From sequence record PV435126.1: 64,000 nucleotides of DNA. One strand, written 5' to 3'. This document shows, piece after piece, positions 1 through 10,037 of the stretch. The notes beneath the pieces were generated by a model. That model did not search any database and had not been told where the DNA came from. It was given only the letters and a program-made list of their open reading frames with translations. A program made the position numbers and the translations under genes. The DNA comes from Escherichia phage EPFV3-03/2025. Position 1 is the first letter of the stretch. Each line of letters opens with the position of its first letter.

Positions 1-29
1 CGTTTGCTCAACACGGCTCTCTCCTTTTG

Positions 30-263
30 TTAATCTTCGTAAATCAGGATCTCTGCTTTAGGTTTTCGTGCTTTCAGGTCCAGCTCTATCCAGTGCACCA
101 TAGCTGTTTCAAGAAAAACAGCCTGGATGCATCCGTCTTCAGCGTGTCCTACCAACATAACAAGATCTTCACCTTCGTCATCTTCATCACGAACATACAA
201 AATCTCTCCGGACTCAAAGTCTTTTACAACCTGATTATTAGATAATTTACGAATTTTTGCCAT
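30..263 (-). CDS. hypothetical protein (77 aa)
   Basis: ORF in co-oriented minus-strand array; no motif recognised. Confidence 0.35.
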   Translation of the reverse strand: MAKIRKLSNNQVVKDFESGEILYVRDEDDEGEDLVMLVGHAEDGCIQAVFLETAMVHWIELDLKARKPKAEILIYED

Positions 264-264
264 A

Positions 265-528
265 TCAGAAACCCTCTAAAAAGCTCTTGTAGAAAATAAT
301 CTCAGTATCTACACCAGTCACGATCTTGTCGTTCCTGATTTCATCTGTAAGATAGGTGTCAAAACGCAGAACCTGTGTGGTGTTGTCACACATCCACTCG
401 GCTGTGACCATGGCAAAAATCTTAGCATCTTCATTGTCCGGTGTGAATGTTACCACCTCACCGCATTTAAATTTTTCGATAGGCTGCGTGTTAGCTTTCG
501 GTTCTGCAATGGTGATTTTTGTGGTCAT
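265..528 (-). CDS. hypothetical protein (87 aa)
   Basis: ORF in co-oriented minus-strand array; no motif recognised. Confidence 0.35.
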   Translation of the reverse strand: MTTKITIAEPKANTQPIEKFKCGEVVTFTPDNEDAKIFAMVTAEWMCDNTTQVLRFDTYLTDEIRNDKIVTGVDTEIIFYKSFLEGF

Positions 529-794
529 TACTCTTCCTCCATAGTTTCACCAAATACTTCGATACGAGCGTCAAGCTCTGTTGCTTTCAGTTCTCCAACA
601 AAATCTTTCAGTTCTTTCTCGTCAAGATCATATGCCCACACACAAGATGAGCATGCAGATTTCACGATCAGCAGTGTAGATACACGGCCTGACTCTGTAA
701 TCATGCTCACAATGGTTCCTACAGGGAACGTGTTGATAGCTTTTTTAACTGGGCGTTCAGCTTTAATTACCACTTCTGTTGCCATAAATAACAT
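528..794 (-). CDS. hypothetical protein (88 aa)
   Basis: ORF whose stop abuts start of next ORF (coupled arrangement); no motif recognised. Confidence 0.4.
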   Translation of the reverse strand: MLFMATEVVIKAERPVKKAINTFPVGTIVSMITESGRVSTLLIVKSACSSCVWAYDLDEKELKDFVGELKATELDARIEVFGETMEEE

Positions 795-800
795 CCTCTC

Positions 801-2282
801 TTATTTGGCGTACTCGATTAATTCTACAGTTTTCCCAAAGCTTGGGATATAATTTTTATTATACCCTTCGGTGAGAACCCATAAAGTATCGTACTTTTTC
901 CACTTGTTGTCAACAGCCTTTTGTTCAAAGTTATGCTCAAAGTATAGGTCGGTCAGGACGATGACATCTTTTGCATTTGGTATGTTAGCGTCCAGATACT
1001 CGAACACGCAAGCGGCTGTTGTTCCCCATGTTGAGTGGACCTCATAGTTGATCATCTCGTCGATGTTCCCCCGAGTGTATACTTTAACCTCTCCAACCTC
1101 GGTTGACCAGCAGAACATCGTAACCTTGAACTCTTTATACAGATTGCACAACCCAGTGATCTCATTGAACATTTTCTTTAAAGTTCTTTGAGAGATCGAT
1201 CCAGAAACGTCTAGAGCCACCACAATATCTATAGTGTTTTCCGGATTACGGCCCGGAACAACAACGTGCTGATTCTTGTTTATAGCCCCAACTTTTCGCA
1301 TTGTGCTGGTCAAAGACCCAGATCGGCGACCGGGTTTTCTGTAGGTTAGTTCAGCCTTTCGTTTAGACAGCATACGTTGCTTAATGATGTCTATATAATT
1401 GATTACAGGCTTACCTCTGTTCTTGACAAACTCACGCACAGCCTCAGGGCAACGACCTCCGGAAGCCTGCATTGCTGCTTCCAACATGTCACCAGAGTCC
1501 TGCATGGCTTGATCTTTATCAGATTGGCTGATCACTGGTTGTGGCTGATCATACCCCATCGCCTTTCCAAGATCATCACTAGTGCCACCGTTACCACTCA
1601 TGTGATCATCGGTTTGTCGTTTATCTCCTTGAGAGTTCTCGCCTTTACCGTTCTTACTTTTACCACTATTCTGATCTCTTTGCTTATCAAGAACCGCATA
1701 GACGTTCTCAGCAATCCATCCATGGAACCTCATGTCACAGTAGCAACTAGCTAAGAAGCCAAAAGGCTTACCTTTTACGAACTCAGTGCTTTTCCCCTTC
1801 GGGAAGAAAACACAAGGAGGCTTGCTAAAGTCAACCACAAGACCTGTGTTGATAACGTGATCACAAGCAATATTGAACAGTTCCGGCTCAAAGCTTTTAC
1901 CACGGACCAAATGATCACAGATAATATGCCCCACCTCATGTGACAGAAGAAAGGCCACCTCTTTCACAGATTTTGGGGAATAGAAAACCTCAGCCATCTC
2001 AAACTGCTTGTCAGTCAGAGATGCTTTAAGAATGGTTTTACGCTCATCTGCCAGCCCCATAATGAACTCAGGGCTGTAGTAGATGCGTTTATGGTCTGTT
2101 GCCATAGTGGAGCACCATGTGTGGTTTTCTACGAACTGCAACCCTGACAACAGTGTGCCATAAAACGGCAGCTTTTCAAGAAGATACATGCGTGCTGCCT
2201 GCAGCATTCGCAAGGCGTCATCTTTTTGTGCGGCAATGATTTCTGAACTTCTGCTATCCATTAAAACTCCAGAAGGGGCCAA
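801..2282 (-). CDS. VWA-domain protein with HExxH metallopeptidase-like N-terminal region (493 aa)
   Basis: HEVGHIICDH zinc-peptidase-like motif; VVALDVSGSIS MIDAS-type von Willebrand A motif. Confidence 0.8.
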   Translation of the reverse strand: MAPSGVLMDSRSSEIIAAQKDDALRMLQAARMYLLEKLPFYGTLLSGLQFVENHTWCSTMATDHKRIYYSPEFIMGLADERKTILKASLTDKQFEMAEVFYSPKSVKEVAFLLSHEVGHIICDHLVRGKSFEPELFNIACDHVINTGLVVDFSKPPCVFFPKGKSTEFVKGKPFGFLASCYCDMRFHGWIAENVYAVLDKQRDQNSGKSKNGKGENSQGDKRQTDDHMSGNGGTSDDLGKAMGYDQPQPVISQSDKDQAMQDSGDMLEAAMQASGGRCPEAVREFVKNRGKPVINYIDIIKQRMLSKRKAELTYRKPGRRSGSLTSTMRKVGAINKNQHVVVPGRNPENTIDIVVALDVSGSISQRTLKKMFNEITGLCNLYKEFKVTMFCWSTEVGEVKVYTRGNIDEMINYEVHSTWGTTAACVFEYLDANIPNAKDVIVLTDLYFEHNFEQKAVDNKWKKYDTLWVLTEGYNKNYIPSFGKTVELIEYAK

Positions 2283-2294
2283 TGGCCCCTGTCA

Positions 2295-3350
2295 TTATTT
2301 AACGTGCTTGAAAATACCAGCCAACTCGGTCATTGTCATGCGAGTGGTCTTCATAAGGTCTGTCATAGCCTTCTCCATGATTGGAGATACTACCATAAAG
2401 TTACCCTTGGTGAAACCTTTATTCCAGTCGGTCACTAATAGTGGTTTAAGTCCGGCCCCGAGACGCTCACCAGTCAAAGCACAACATTTTCGGATGTATG
2501 TGCTCTTAAATTGACTGAATGACAGATCAACTTTCATACCTGCATCGTAGAACGTCTGGCAATAGAAAGTGTAAGCTTTGGCAATCTCAACATCGTCAGG
2601 CAGTGCAGGAACCTCTTCTGTAAGCTCTTCTTCGACCCCTTTAGGCTCTTTTTCCTCTTCGTAAGTCTGTTGCATCATCTCTTCAATCTCCTCTGCTACA
2701 GGCTCGTTTACAATGTCAGAAATGTGCTTGTTTGCTCCACGATTAGCCATGAAGTTTTTAAAATCCTGCATTGGTGACATATCTTCCTCCCATTCTTCGT
2801 CAAAGAGTGCTAGTTTATCCTCTTCCGTTCCATATTGCAAGATGAAATCTTCAAAAGTGTAATCACCTTTCAATTTCTCCATACGCTCTTCGCTCAGGTG
2901 GAGCATCATCTGCTGGACAATTTTTCGATCAGTTTTGTCTTTAATCAAGACTGCGGTCTTTTTATCTACCAGGCAGTCCTTTAGAGAGTTGCATCTCAAT
3001 CCCACCACACAACAATTATCAACAGCATAAGGACCTTCATCATCTATCCGCTCTAGGGAGGGGTAGAAAGGATTTCCCAGTCCGTTTTCATCTGTGTGCA
3101 TGTCGAAAGGTATAAGGGTATAGTCGCACACCCCCTCTCCTAAAAGTTTTTTACCAAATAGGAGGTATTCTTCCCATGACAGGTTGAACTCTATATCTCG
3201 TTTCCGTGCATTATTTTGTTTGCGTCTGTATTTTTTGAGCAGGCGCTCTAACTCTTCTGGTGTATAATATTTTTCAAGATTCATGAGTTGTCTCTTGTGC
3301 TCTGTAGGTGAAGAAATCTTATCAAGTGCCTCAACAGATGTCAACCTCAA
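2295..3350 (-). CDS. hypothetical protein (351 aa), possible degenerate HNH-like motif
   Basis: ERIDDEGPYAVDN...LRCNSLK resembles an HNH core with His replaced; acidic C-terminal half; function uncertain. Confidence 0.45.
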   Translation of the reverse strand: MRLTSVEALDKISSPTEHKRQLMNLEKYYTPEELERLLKKYRRKQNNARKRDIEFNLSWEEYLLFGKKLLGEGVCDYTLIPFDMHTDENGLGNPFYPSLERIDDEGPYAVDNCCVVGLRCNSLKDCLVDKKTAVLIKDKTDRKIVQQMMLHLSEERMEKLKGDYTFEDFILQYGTEEDKLALFDEEWEEDMSPMQDFKNFMANRGANKHISDIVNEPVAEEIEEMMQQTYEEEKEPKGVEEELTEEVPALPDDVEIAKAYTFYCQTFYDAGMKVDLSFSQFKSTYIRKCCALTGERLGAGLKPLLVTDWNKGFTKGNFMVVSPIMEKAMTDLMKTTRMTMTELAGIFKHVK

Positions 3351-3357
3351 AAACGTG

Positions 3358-3386
3358 TTGACTTTACCCTAAATCCACGATATAGT
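3358..3386 (+). promoter_or_regulatory. sigma70-type promoter
   Basis: -35 TTGACT 3358-3363, 17-bp spacer, -10 TATAGT 3381-3386; upstream of ORF 3427 at the divergence point. Confidence 0.5.
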
Positions 3387-3426
3387 TCACCCATTCGAAA
3401 GAAAACGAACACAGGAGTACTTAATC

Positions 3427-4326
3427 ATGGCAAATCTTAACAGCTTTAGCACTCGATGGAAACAAGATATCACAACCAATCTCTCTGCAGGCGATATCCT
3501 TTCTGCAATTTACGAGGCTTTGGATGATAAAGCTACTTCAAAATCGGTTTGTACCAACCCGTTAATTCCTATGGTAATGAAGGTGATTGAGCGTAGGTTG
3601 GTATCCGGATCTGATAAGTGGACATATCTGGATAATGGAGGCCACACTTACTCCAACGGCTATGTCGATATAAAAGTAGAATATGCGGTATCATATCGCC
3701 GGAGCGGCTCTGTAACTTTCAACTTCTCTGGTGGTTTCCGATCTCTGGCAACTTCACCTTTTGTTTCCTCAGAGGAGAAGTTTGAACTTCCGTTCCTTTG
3801 GATGATGGCTAACGCGACAGGCAAAACCCCTGTAAGCATTCGCGTAAAATACAACTACAACGGATCTAGTAAGATCTATGCTGAGAGTGTCTCAGCAAGT
3901 TTTTATTTTGTGATGGGGGATGGAATCCTCAAACATATAAAGATGTGCGATATGCATGATGTTATAAATGAAGTGACTGATAAGAATGTTCTGGTGAAGG
4001 ATCTCAACAATTTTTATACACCAGGGGACTATTACGTCAACCGTCCACTGTGCATCTTTAATGCTGCACACCCTTTAGGTGAGTATTTGATTGCCAATAG
4101 TGATATTGCCAATAACCGCTTCGAGGTAGCAAGAGTACAGAATGAGGTGTTGACATCTTGCAAGAGCGGTGATAAGTTTACCGAAGAAGAGATGGGTGTT
4201 TTAGAGATGATGGGATATAAGTGTAGCCTTTGGGTAGATGAGGTGTTTAATGACGGCATCTATGGACAGGATATTTACCCGTTAAAGAAGTATACTGATT
4301 CCAGTTTAATTTACGCGGGGATTTGA
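3427..4326 (+). CDS. hypothetical protein (299 aa)
   Basis: ORF with AGGAG 10 nt upstream of ATG; first gene of plus-strand block. Confidence 0.55.
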   Translation: MANLNSFSTRWKQDITTNLSAGDILSAIYEALDDKATSKSVCTNPLIPMVMKVIERRLVSGSDKWTYLDNGGHTYSNGYVDIKVEYAVSYRRSGSVTFNFSGGFRSLATSPFVSSEEKFELPFLWMMANATGKTPVSIRVKYNYNGSSKIYAESVSASFYFVMGDGILKHIKMCDMHDVINEVTDKNVLVKDLNNFYTPGDYYVNRPLCIFNAAHPLGEYLIANSDIANNRFEVARVQNEVLTSCKSGDKFTEEEMGVLEMMGYKCSLWVDEVFNDGIYGQDIYPLKKYTDSSLIYAGI

Positions 4327-4601
4327 CTATGATGAAGGCATGTGGTAGTGTATACTATGTGGGTGAAAATGTTCAGGCAGACAGTGTGTGGAAATCCATT
4401 AAGTCCACCACCGATGATGCCTTCTTGAGCGGGTTATGTTTCCCCAATCCCGGAGACATTCTCCCTTACCCTGGGGATTTTGTTGTCAACAAGACGGACG
4501 GTTATACCGTGTGCCTGATGGTAGAAAAAATCTTTTTAGACACTAGACACAATCACCGTCTTGTGTTAAAATTTCAAGAATGTAAAATGACAGTTGCCTA
4601 A
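4323..4601 (+). CDS. hypothetical protein (92 aa)
   Basis: ORF overlapping upstream stop by 4 nt; no motif recognised. Confidence 0.4.
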   Translation: MTMMKACGSVYYVGENVQADSVWKSIKSTTDDAFLSGLCFPNPGDILPYPGDFVVNKTDGYTVCLMVEKIFLDTRHNHRLVLKFQECKMTVA

Positions 4602-4613
4602 GGAGGCCTACCA

Positions 4614-4970
4614 ATGTCTAAAGTTACTTATCGTGCAGCTATTTACTGCAATGAGCAACCAATCAATAATGATGGTCACTGCTTTTTTAAAGAAAATCAG
4701 TTGGGCTGTATTGCCCTCCTTGATGAAGGGGAAGGTTATATGATTGCATTGACAGGGTTTGAGCCTGAAGCCTTGGAAGCCAATCTGGACTACCTGGTAG
4801 AGAAGGGTGCTGCAGACCTGGTTGCCAATGGCCTCTCCATAAGCCTTGAAGAAGTGGAGCGCTTCATGGGCAATTACCGTGTAGTGCGTGAGTTTACTAT
4901 CGAGGTGGAAACTCCGGAGTGGGGTAGCACTGAAACTAATGCTGAAGAAAAAGAAGAGGGGGTAGAATAA
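4614..4970 (+). CDS. hypothetical acidic protein (118 aa)
   Basis: ORF preceded by AAGGAGG; acidic C-terminus. Confidence 0.5.
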   Translation: MSKVTYRAAIYCNEQPINNDGHCFFKENQLGCIALLDEGEGYMIALTGFEPEALEANLDYLVEKGAADLVANGLSISLEEVERFMGNYRVVREFTIEVETPEWGSTETNAEEKEEGVE

Positions 4971-5227
4971 TGAAAGTGCAGATCTTGACTAATGCCGAGA
5001 AGATGTTTATCGAAGATACGCCTTTTGAAACTGGTGAGCTACAGTTTGTATATTTTGTTGACTTAGATAAGGTTTTTCCTGCGCTGAATCTGGGTTTGGA
5101 GAAAGTACCTTATAAAACTCTATGCCAGGTTGTCCGTGCCTTAGCCGCAGATGGGGAGTTCCACACCCTTGAAGATATCCAGACCTATGGGTATCTTGAA
5201 CTGCAACGAGAAGAAGAGGTAGACTGA
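4970..5227 (+). CDS. hypothetical protein (85 aa)
   Basis: ORF with ATGA start/stop overlap with upstream gene. Confidence 0.45.
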   Translation: MKVQILTNAEKMFIEDTPFETGELQFVYFVDLDKVFPALNLGLEKVPYKTLCQVVRALAADGEFHTLEDIQTYGYLELQREEEVD

Positions 5228-5229
5228 TA

Positions 5230-5610
5230 ATGGCCCAGTGGAAGACAACAGTTGACCTTCATGATCAGTGGTTAGGACGCATAACTGAAGACGGGAAACT
5301 GGTAGAGTGGGACAACAAGCATGTTAGCGAGTTGGCAAGTATTGTGGCTGGCAAGTTACGCTCCAAGTTCCCTGAACAACTGGATCCTGATAGTTCAAAG
5401 TTCGATCCTGAGTTGGAGGATGTTGTATACTACTTCGACACCGTGGATGACTACGATGCGTGGTTTGCAGCACTGGAGTTATACCCACAAGGATCCGCTA
5501 TGCGCCGGATGGAAGAAGATTACCCTCCGTGTGAGCAATTCAATAGTGCAATGACTTGCCTTTATGATTGGGCAGATAAGAACCTTGTCTGGATTCGGAC
5601 TGCATTTTAG
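5230..5610 (+). CDS. hypothetical protein (126 aa)
   Basis: ORF in operon-like array; no motif recognised. Confidence 0.5.
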   Translation: MAQWKTTVDLHDQWLGRITEDGKLVEWDNKHVSELASIVAGKLRSKFPEQLDPDSSKFDPELEDVVYYFDTVDDYDAWFAALELYPQGSAMRRMEEDYPPCEQFNSAMTCLYDWADKNLVWIRTAF

Positions 5611-5654
5611 TGGGTAGGGATGGCGGCAAGGATGCTGCTTAAGGAGCAGTAGAG

Positions 5655-5924
5655 ATGTTATACCAGCAGTACGAACTTCGTGCAGAAAAAGAATTAAATT
5701 TTGACAAAGATATTCACAGATATTATTATGGGAAAGTTAGAGGGCAAGCAAGAAAGTGTACTCCAACACTCTTTCATGCCAGCAGACGACTAGCTCCAGA
5801 AGAGGCAACAGCAGAAAGGGTTGCATATGGCTGGAGAGTTGCGTATGATATTGACAGATCCGATGTGATGTCTGTTTTGGAAAACTTTGAAAACACTTAC
5901 ACACAAGTAGAGGACTTTTACTAA
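5655..5924 (+). CDS. hypothetical protein (89 aa)
   Basis: ORF in operon-like array; stop overlaps next start. Confidence 0.45.
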   Translation: MLYQQYELRAEKELNFDKDIHRYYYGKVRGQARKCTPTLFHASRRLAPEEATAERVAYGWRVAYDIDRSDVMSVLENFENTYTQVEDFY

Positions 5925-7108
5925 TGTCAAGAAACGTATTCGAAAGTGGTCAAATCACTGTCCGCGAGTTGCCAGCTATTATTCAATTTGCCCAGCGTCA
6001 TAACCGATCTGTCCTGATTTTAGGACCGATGGGTGTGGGGAAGAGCCAGGTGATGAAGCAGATTGCTGATAATATGTTCGGTGAGCGAGATGACAACCTG
6101 GTTGACGTGCGGCTGTCAGATAAAGATCCTGCTGACTTGTCTGGACTGCCTATCCCTGTAGAGGCAGATGGAACTACACGCACAGTGTTTGCAATTCCAG
6201 AATTTTGGCCTGCAGACTCGGACTGGAGCGGAATTATCTTTCTGGATGAGCTTACTCATGCAGATAACTACCTGCAGAAGGTTGCAATGCAAATTATGCT
6301 CGACCACAAGTGCGGCACCTATGCATTTCCTAAGGGCTCTGTTTTTGTAGCTGCAGGTAACCGTGCTACAGATGGTGCTGTTCTTTCAGCGCTCGAAGCT
6401 CCTCTGGCTAACCGCTTTATCATTGTAGAAGTTACAAGCAATGCAGAGGTATTTATTGAGGACTACGCCTTCCTTAATGGTGTGCATTCCTCTGTAATTG
6501 GATATCTGAAAAGAGTTCCATCAGCTATCGATAATTATGAGGCTATGGCTGAGATTAATTGTCCATCTTTTGCCACACCGCGATCTTGGGTTGCTGCATC
6601 TGACATCCTGCACGATTTTGACAGCGGCATTATTTCTGACGCTATGGCTCGTGTTCTTCTGCAAGGTGCTATTGGTCACACTGCAGCGGTAGAAATCTGG
6701 ACCTACCACACCAAGAAACGAAACTTGCCAGAAATCGGTCGGATTATGGCAGGGGGTTGCAAAGAATATGTAGGTCCTAAGCAGCCAGATATCTTGTGGA
6801 TTCTTGGGTCTGAAGGCTGTATTGCTATTCGGAATATGATGGAAAATGCAAGTGTCTCAGATGAAGATCTTGTTAGCTGCGTGGCAAACTTCCTTGATTT
6901 CCTTTGGGAAAATTTCAAGGATGAGAACCGAGACTTTGTATTCTCAGTCTTTATGGCGATGATGAAACCCAACGCCCTAGGAAATGCCTTACTTATTGGT
7001 AAAGGTCGGGACAAGATCGTTGCTCAGCTGATCAAAGCATACCCGAACCTGATGAAGATTGTAAAAGAGTTTGGTGAAGAGTTTAGCGCCATTTTAGCTA
7101 AAGCTTGA
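5924..7108 (+). CDS. MoxR-like AAA+ ATPase (394 aa)
   Basis: Walker A GPMGVGKSQ, Walker B IIFLDELTHA, MoxR-like spacing and length. Confidence 0.85.
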   Translation: MSRNVFESGQITVRELPAIIQFAQRHNRSVLILGPMGVGKSQVMKQIADNMFGERDDNLVDVRLSDKDPADLSGLPIPVEADGTTRTVFAIPEFWPADSDWSGIIFLDELTHADNYLQKVAMQIMLDHKCGTYAFPKGSVFVAAGNRATDGAVLSALEAPLANRFIIVEVTSNAEVFIEDYAFLNGVHSSVIGYLKRVPSAIDNYEAMAEINCPSFATPRSWVAASDILHDFDSGIISDAMARVLLQGAIGHTAAVEIWTYHTKKRNLPEIGRIMAGGCKEYVGPKQPDILWILGSEGCIAIRNMMENASVSDEDLVSCVANFLDFLWENFKDENRDFVFSVFMAMMKPNALGNALLIGKGRDKIVAQLIKAYPNLMKIVKEFGEEFSAILAKA

Positions 7109-7117
7109 GGAGGTTGT

Positions 7118-7498
7118 ATGGCTAAAGTAGGTAAGCGGGGAAACTACTTGGTGGTATTGACAGAGGAGCCGGAGAAGGAGTACGAATGCAGCTCCACTTG
7201 CGTGATCGATATCCGAGAAAAAGATGTAGATGAAATCTGGTTTAAAATATTAGACGCTTGCGACAGCAGTGACTATTTCTTCATCTATGTCAACGATAAA
7301 GCGGGATTCTTCCATGACGATGGAGAGTTACCGTATGAAATCTATGAGCTTGTAGAGGCTTGTCATCGTGGAGATGCGGAGTTGTTTGGCCTACGGCTGA
7401 AAAGCGGTAAATTCTTCTACCAAGACGAGTGCATGAATCTTCACAACTTCGTAGAGGGAACTTGCAACGATGGAGAGATTCTGGCACACTACGACTAA
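7118..7498 (+). CDS. hypothetical protein (126 aa)
   Basis: ORF followed by intrinsic terminator. Confidence 0.5.
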   Translation: MAKVGKRGNYLVVLTEEPEKEYECSSTCVIDIREKDVDEIWFKILDACDSSDYFFIYVNDKAGFFHDDGELPYEIYELVEACHRGDAELFGLRLKSGKFFYQDECMNLHNFVEGTCNDGEILAHYD

Positions 7499-7511
7499 TT
7501 TCTAAGACCAC

Positions 7512-7538
7512 CCCCGCTTCGGCGGGGATTTTCTATTT
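7512..7538 (+). terminator. rho-independent terminator
   Basis: GC stem CCCCGC/GCGGGG with UUCG-type tetraloop, then ATTTTCTATTT. Confidence 0.7.
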
Positions 7539-7547
7539 GGAGTTATT

Positions 7548-8048
7548 GTGAAAATTAAAATCTTTGCTATTATTTTGAGCGCATTTTTATCGCTGCCTGT
7601 TGTTGCAGCACCAAAACAAAAAGTATACCACACCTGCAAGCCATCGGATACTAAGGAGAACATTCTGGCATGCAATATCTACAGGGAAGCCAGAGGAGAT
7701 GGCACGATGGGTATGCTGGCATCTGGGTTTGCCACACTAAACAGGAAATCTCACCCTAAATACCCAGACACTATAAGAAAGATTGTCTACCAACCTAACC
7801 AGTTTTCGTGGACAAACCACGGCAAAACTTTTAAGGTGACAGAAAAAGATTCATGGGATCACGCTAAAAGTCTTGCAAAGATGCTTCTAAAGGTCTATAA
7901 TAACAACCATGTTGCATACATGGCTATGGATATAACAGGTGGAGCAACACACTATCATACAACAAAAGTACGACCGGAATGGGCAAAAAAGATGCAGAGG
8001 ACAGCTCAATTCGGGAGTCATATCTACTACAAGGAGCGCAATAAATGA
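7548..8048 (+). CDS. secreted SleB-like cell wall hydrolase (166 aa)
   Basis: N-terminal signal peptide MKIKIFAIILSAFLSLPVVAAP; YREARGDG...LNR...QPNQFS matches SleB/Hydrolase_2 signature; GTG start. Confidence 0.7.
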   Translation: MKIKIFAIILSAFLSLPVVAAPKQKVYHTCKPSDTKENILACNIYREARGDGTMGMLASGFATLNRKSHPKYPDTIRKIVYQPNQFSWTNHGKTFKVTEKDSWDHAKSLAKMLLKVYNNNHVAYMAMDITGGATHYHTTKVRPEWAKKMQRTAQFGSHIYYKERNK

Positions 8049-10027
8049 TTGTAAACAGTAATGAAACTAAAGCAGTGCTAACTGGGAATTTGGAGGTCAC
8101 AAGGGGATCAATTTCTCTGAACAAAGAGACTTTTGGGTTAATCATTAAAGGGATTTATGAAGATAAGGTGCTGGCAAGCTGCCGTGAACCAATCTTCAAT
8201 GCTGTAGACTCCCATGTTGAGTCTGGACGTGGTGATGTTCCGATCATCATTCACTCCCCTACAGATCTTGAACCATACTTCTTTGTGCAGGACGTTGGCC
8301 TCGGTATGTCAGAAGAGATGGTCCGCAACACTTTCATGAACCTCGGTGAGTCAACCAAGCGCAACAGCAACGCTCTGGTAGGCAATAAAGGTGTTGGTTC
8401 AAAGGCCCCGTTCAGCATGGTGGACACTTTCGATGTAATCAGTGTGCACAATGGTGTGGAAAGCACATATCTATTGTTCTTGGATCAGGGTATCCCAAAT
8501 GTCACCAAGATCCGTGAGCGGAAGACTGAAGAGCACAACGGGGTAAAAGTTCAGTTTCATGTTAAGAAAGAGCATGTTCTGAAATATCGCACTGCTATTG
8601 CATCATGTCTGCGCTATGCAAAATTTCCGTTCACTGTCACCGATCCGATGACGAGCAAGATGCTGGAGGGAGACAAAGTAGAGGCGCAGTATTATTATGA
8701 AAAAGATGGTTGGAAGATGACCATCCTGAAGGGCTATACCAGCTCTGACGAGAGTCGTGTGGTAATGGGTCACCAACCTTACCGTTCTAAGTTCCTGGAA
8801 ACACTAACAGATTATCCTGCAATTTGTGTAGAGATCCCTATCGGAGATTGCAATATTAACCCAGGGCGTGAGTGGACCATAGAAGGTCACGACGATGGTG
8901 GATTCCAAGATCGTTTGGAAGCTTTTGTCAAAGAAGGCATTCGCCTTCGTGGAGCAGAAGTTGTTGCAGAACTGGAGACAGCAAAAACATCCTCAGAAGC
9001 ACGCGAGATGATGAAGAACAGTGGAGTGTTCGGGCACATTTTCGGCAAGAATTTTATGTATGACCGCTGGGAAGAAACAGGGTTAGGGAGTTTGGGGGAC
9101 TGCGAGATCTTCGCTGGCGGCTTAAATAAAGGCCGCATAGGTTACGCCTGCTACGGAAAGGTAGAATTCTTACGGGGAGTTTATTTAGTATTTAACGACG
9201 GAGACGGCAAATATAACCGGAATAAGTGTAACTACTTAAGCGAGATCACCGGACGCAACGTTTTCTATTGCCGGAACACGGATCTGGTAAAAGAGTTTAA
9301 AGAGGCGGCACACCATCCGTTCTTTGCAGATACGGTCAAATTGTTATCAGAGCTCCCTCGCCGACCTGTGAAGAAAGGTGAAACAAAAACTCGTTATGAG
9401 CCCGGTTATTGGGTTAAAAAACTTGAGAAGGATGGTTACTTCCGTCGTGAGCGTATTACCAAGGCAGAGTTCAGGAAGATTAAGCACTGCATACCATATG
9501 AGGGGGATATCCAACGTGGAAGTTGTTGGCTAGGTCAGATGAGTAACATCTACCAGCAAAATTATGACCGTGTGCGTGCGGCACTCCAGATCCCTGAAGG
9601 GGAAGATCTATACCTGGTATCGGAATCTCGTCTGCTTTGGACTGATCCTGATTGCCAGTATGTTACAGAGAAGAATGTGGAACATTTGTTGAAAGAGGAT
9701 GCTTGGAAATTCTTACTGACTCGCGCAGCAAATGAAACTTCATATGACAGCCTGTATAGACAGTTGGGAAAAATTATCCCTATGCAAGATTTTGGAAATT
9801 ATAAGCCACATTTCCACAAGTGGGAAGGTAACACCACGTGGAAGTACGGTGAGCTGAATCATCGTGCCAAAATCTTAATCGCCAACCGGGTTAAGTGCGG
9901 GAAGGCATATATTGCGAGACTGGAAAAGAAATATCCACTTTTGAAGCATGTAGGCTTGAAATATTGGGACACTCCTGCTATGATTGAATACCGTGAACTG
10001 ATTGATACAAAGAATAACATCAAATAA
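8045..10027 (+). CDS. Hsp90-like GHKL ATPase domain protein (660 aa)
   Basis: Bergerat-fold motifs FNAVDSHVE (N box), DVGLGMSEEMV (G1), NLGESTKRNS, GNKGVGSKAPFS (G2); C-terminal about 500 aa unassigned. Confidence 0.6.
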   Translation: MIVNSNETKAVLTGNLEVTRGSISLNKETFGLIIKGIYEDKVLASCREPIFNAVDSHVESGRGDVPIIIHSPTDLEPYFFVQDVGLGMSEEMVRNTFMNLGESTKRNSNALVGNKGVGSKAPFSMVDTFDVISVHNGVESTYLLFLDQGIPNVTKIRERKTEEHNGVKVQFHVKKEHVLKYRTAIASCLRYAKFPFTVTDPMTSKMLEGDKVEAQYYYEKDGWKMTILKGYTSSDESRVVMGHQPYRSKFLETLTDYPAICVEIPIGDCNINPGREWTIEGHDDGGFQDRLEAFVKEGIRLRGAEVVAELETAKTSSEAREMMKNSGVFGHIFGKNFMYDRWEETGLGSLGDCEIFAGGLNKGRIGYACYGKVEFLRGVYLVFNDGDGKYNRNKCNYLSEITGRNVFYCRNTDLVKEFKEAAHHPFFADTVKLLSELPRRPVKKGETKTRYEPGYWVKKLEKDGYFRRERITKAEFRKIKHCIPYEGDIQRGSCWLGQMSNIYQQNYDRVRAALQIPEGEDLYLVSESRLLWTDPDCQYVTEKNVEHLLKEDAWKFLLTRAANETSYDSLYRQLGKIIPMQDFGNYKPHFHKWEGNTTWKYGELNHRAKILIANRVKCGKAYIARLEKKYPLLKHVGLKYWDTPAMIEYRELIDTKNNIK

Positions 10028-10037
10028 GGAGACCAAG

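Noticed and set aside
1377-1754. 125-aa plus-strand ORF inside the VWA gene
   Set aside because: Lies antisense within a well-supported gene; no RBS or motif; typical shadow ORF.
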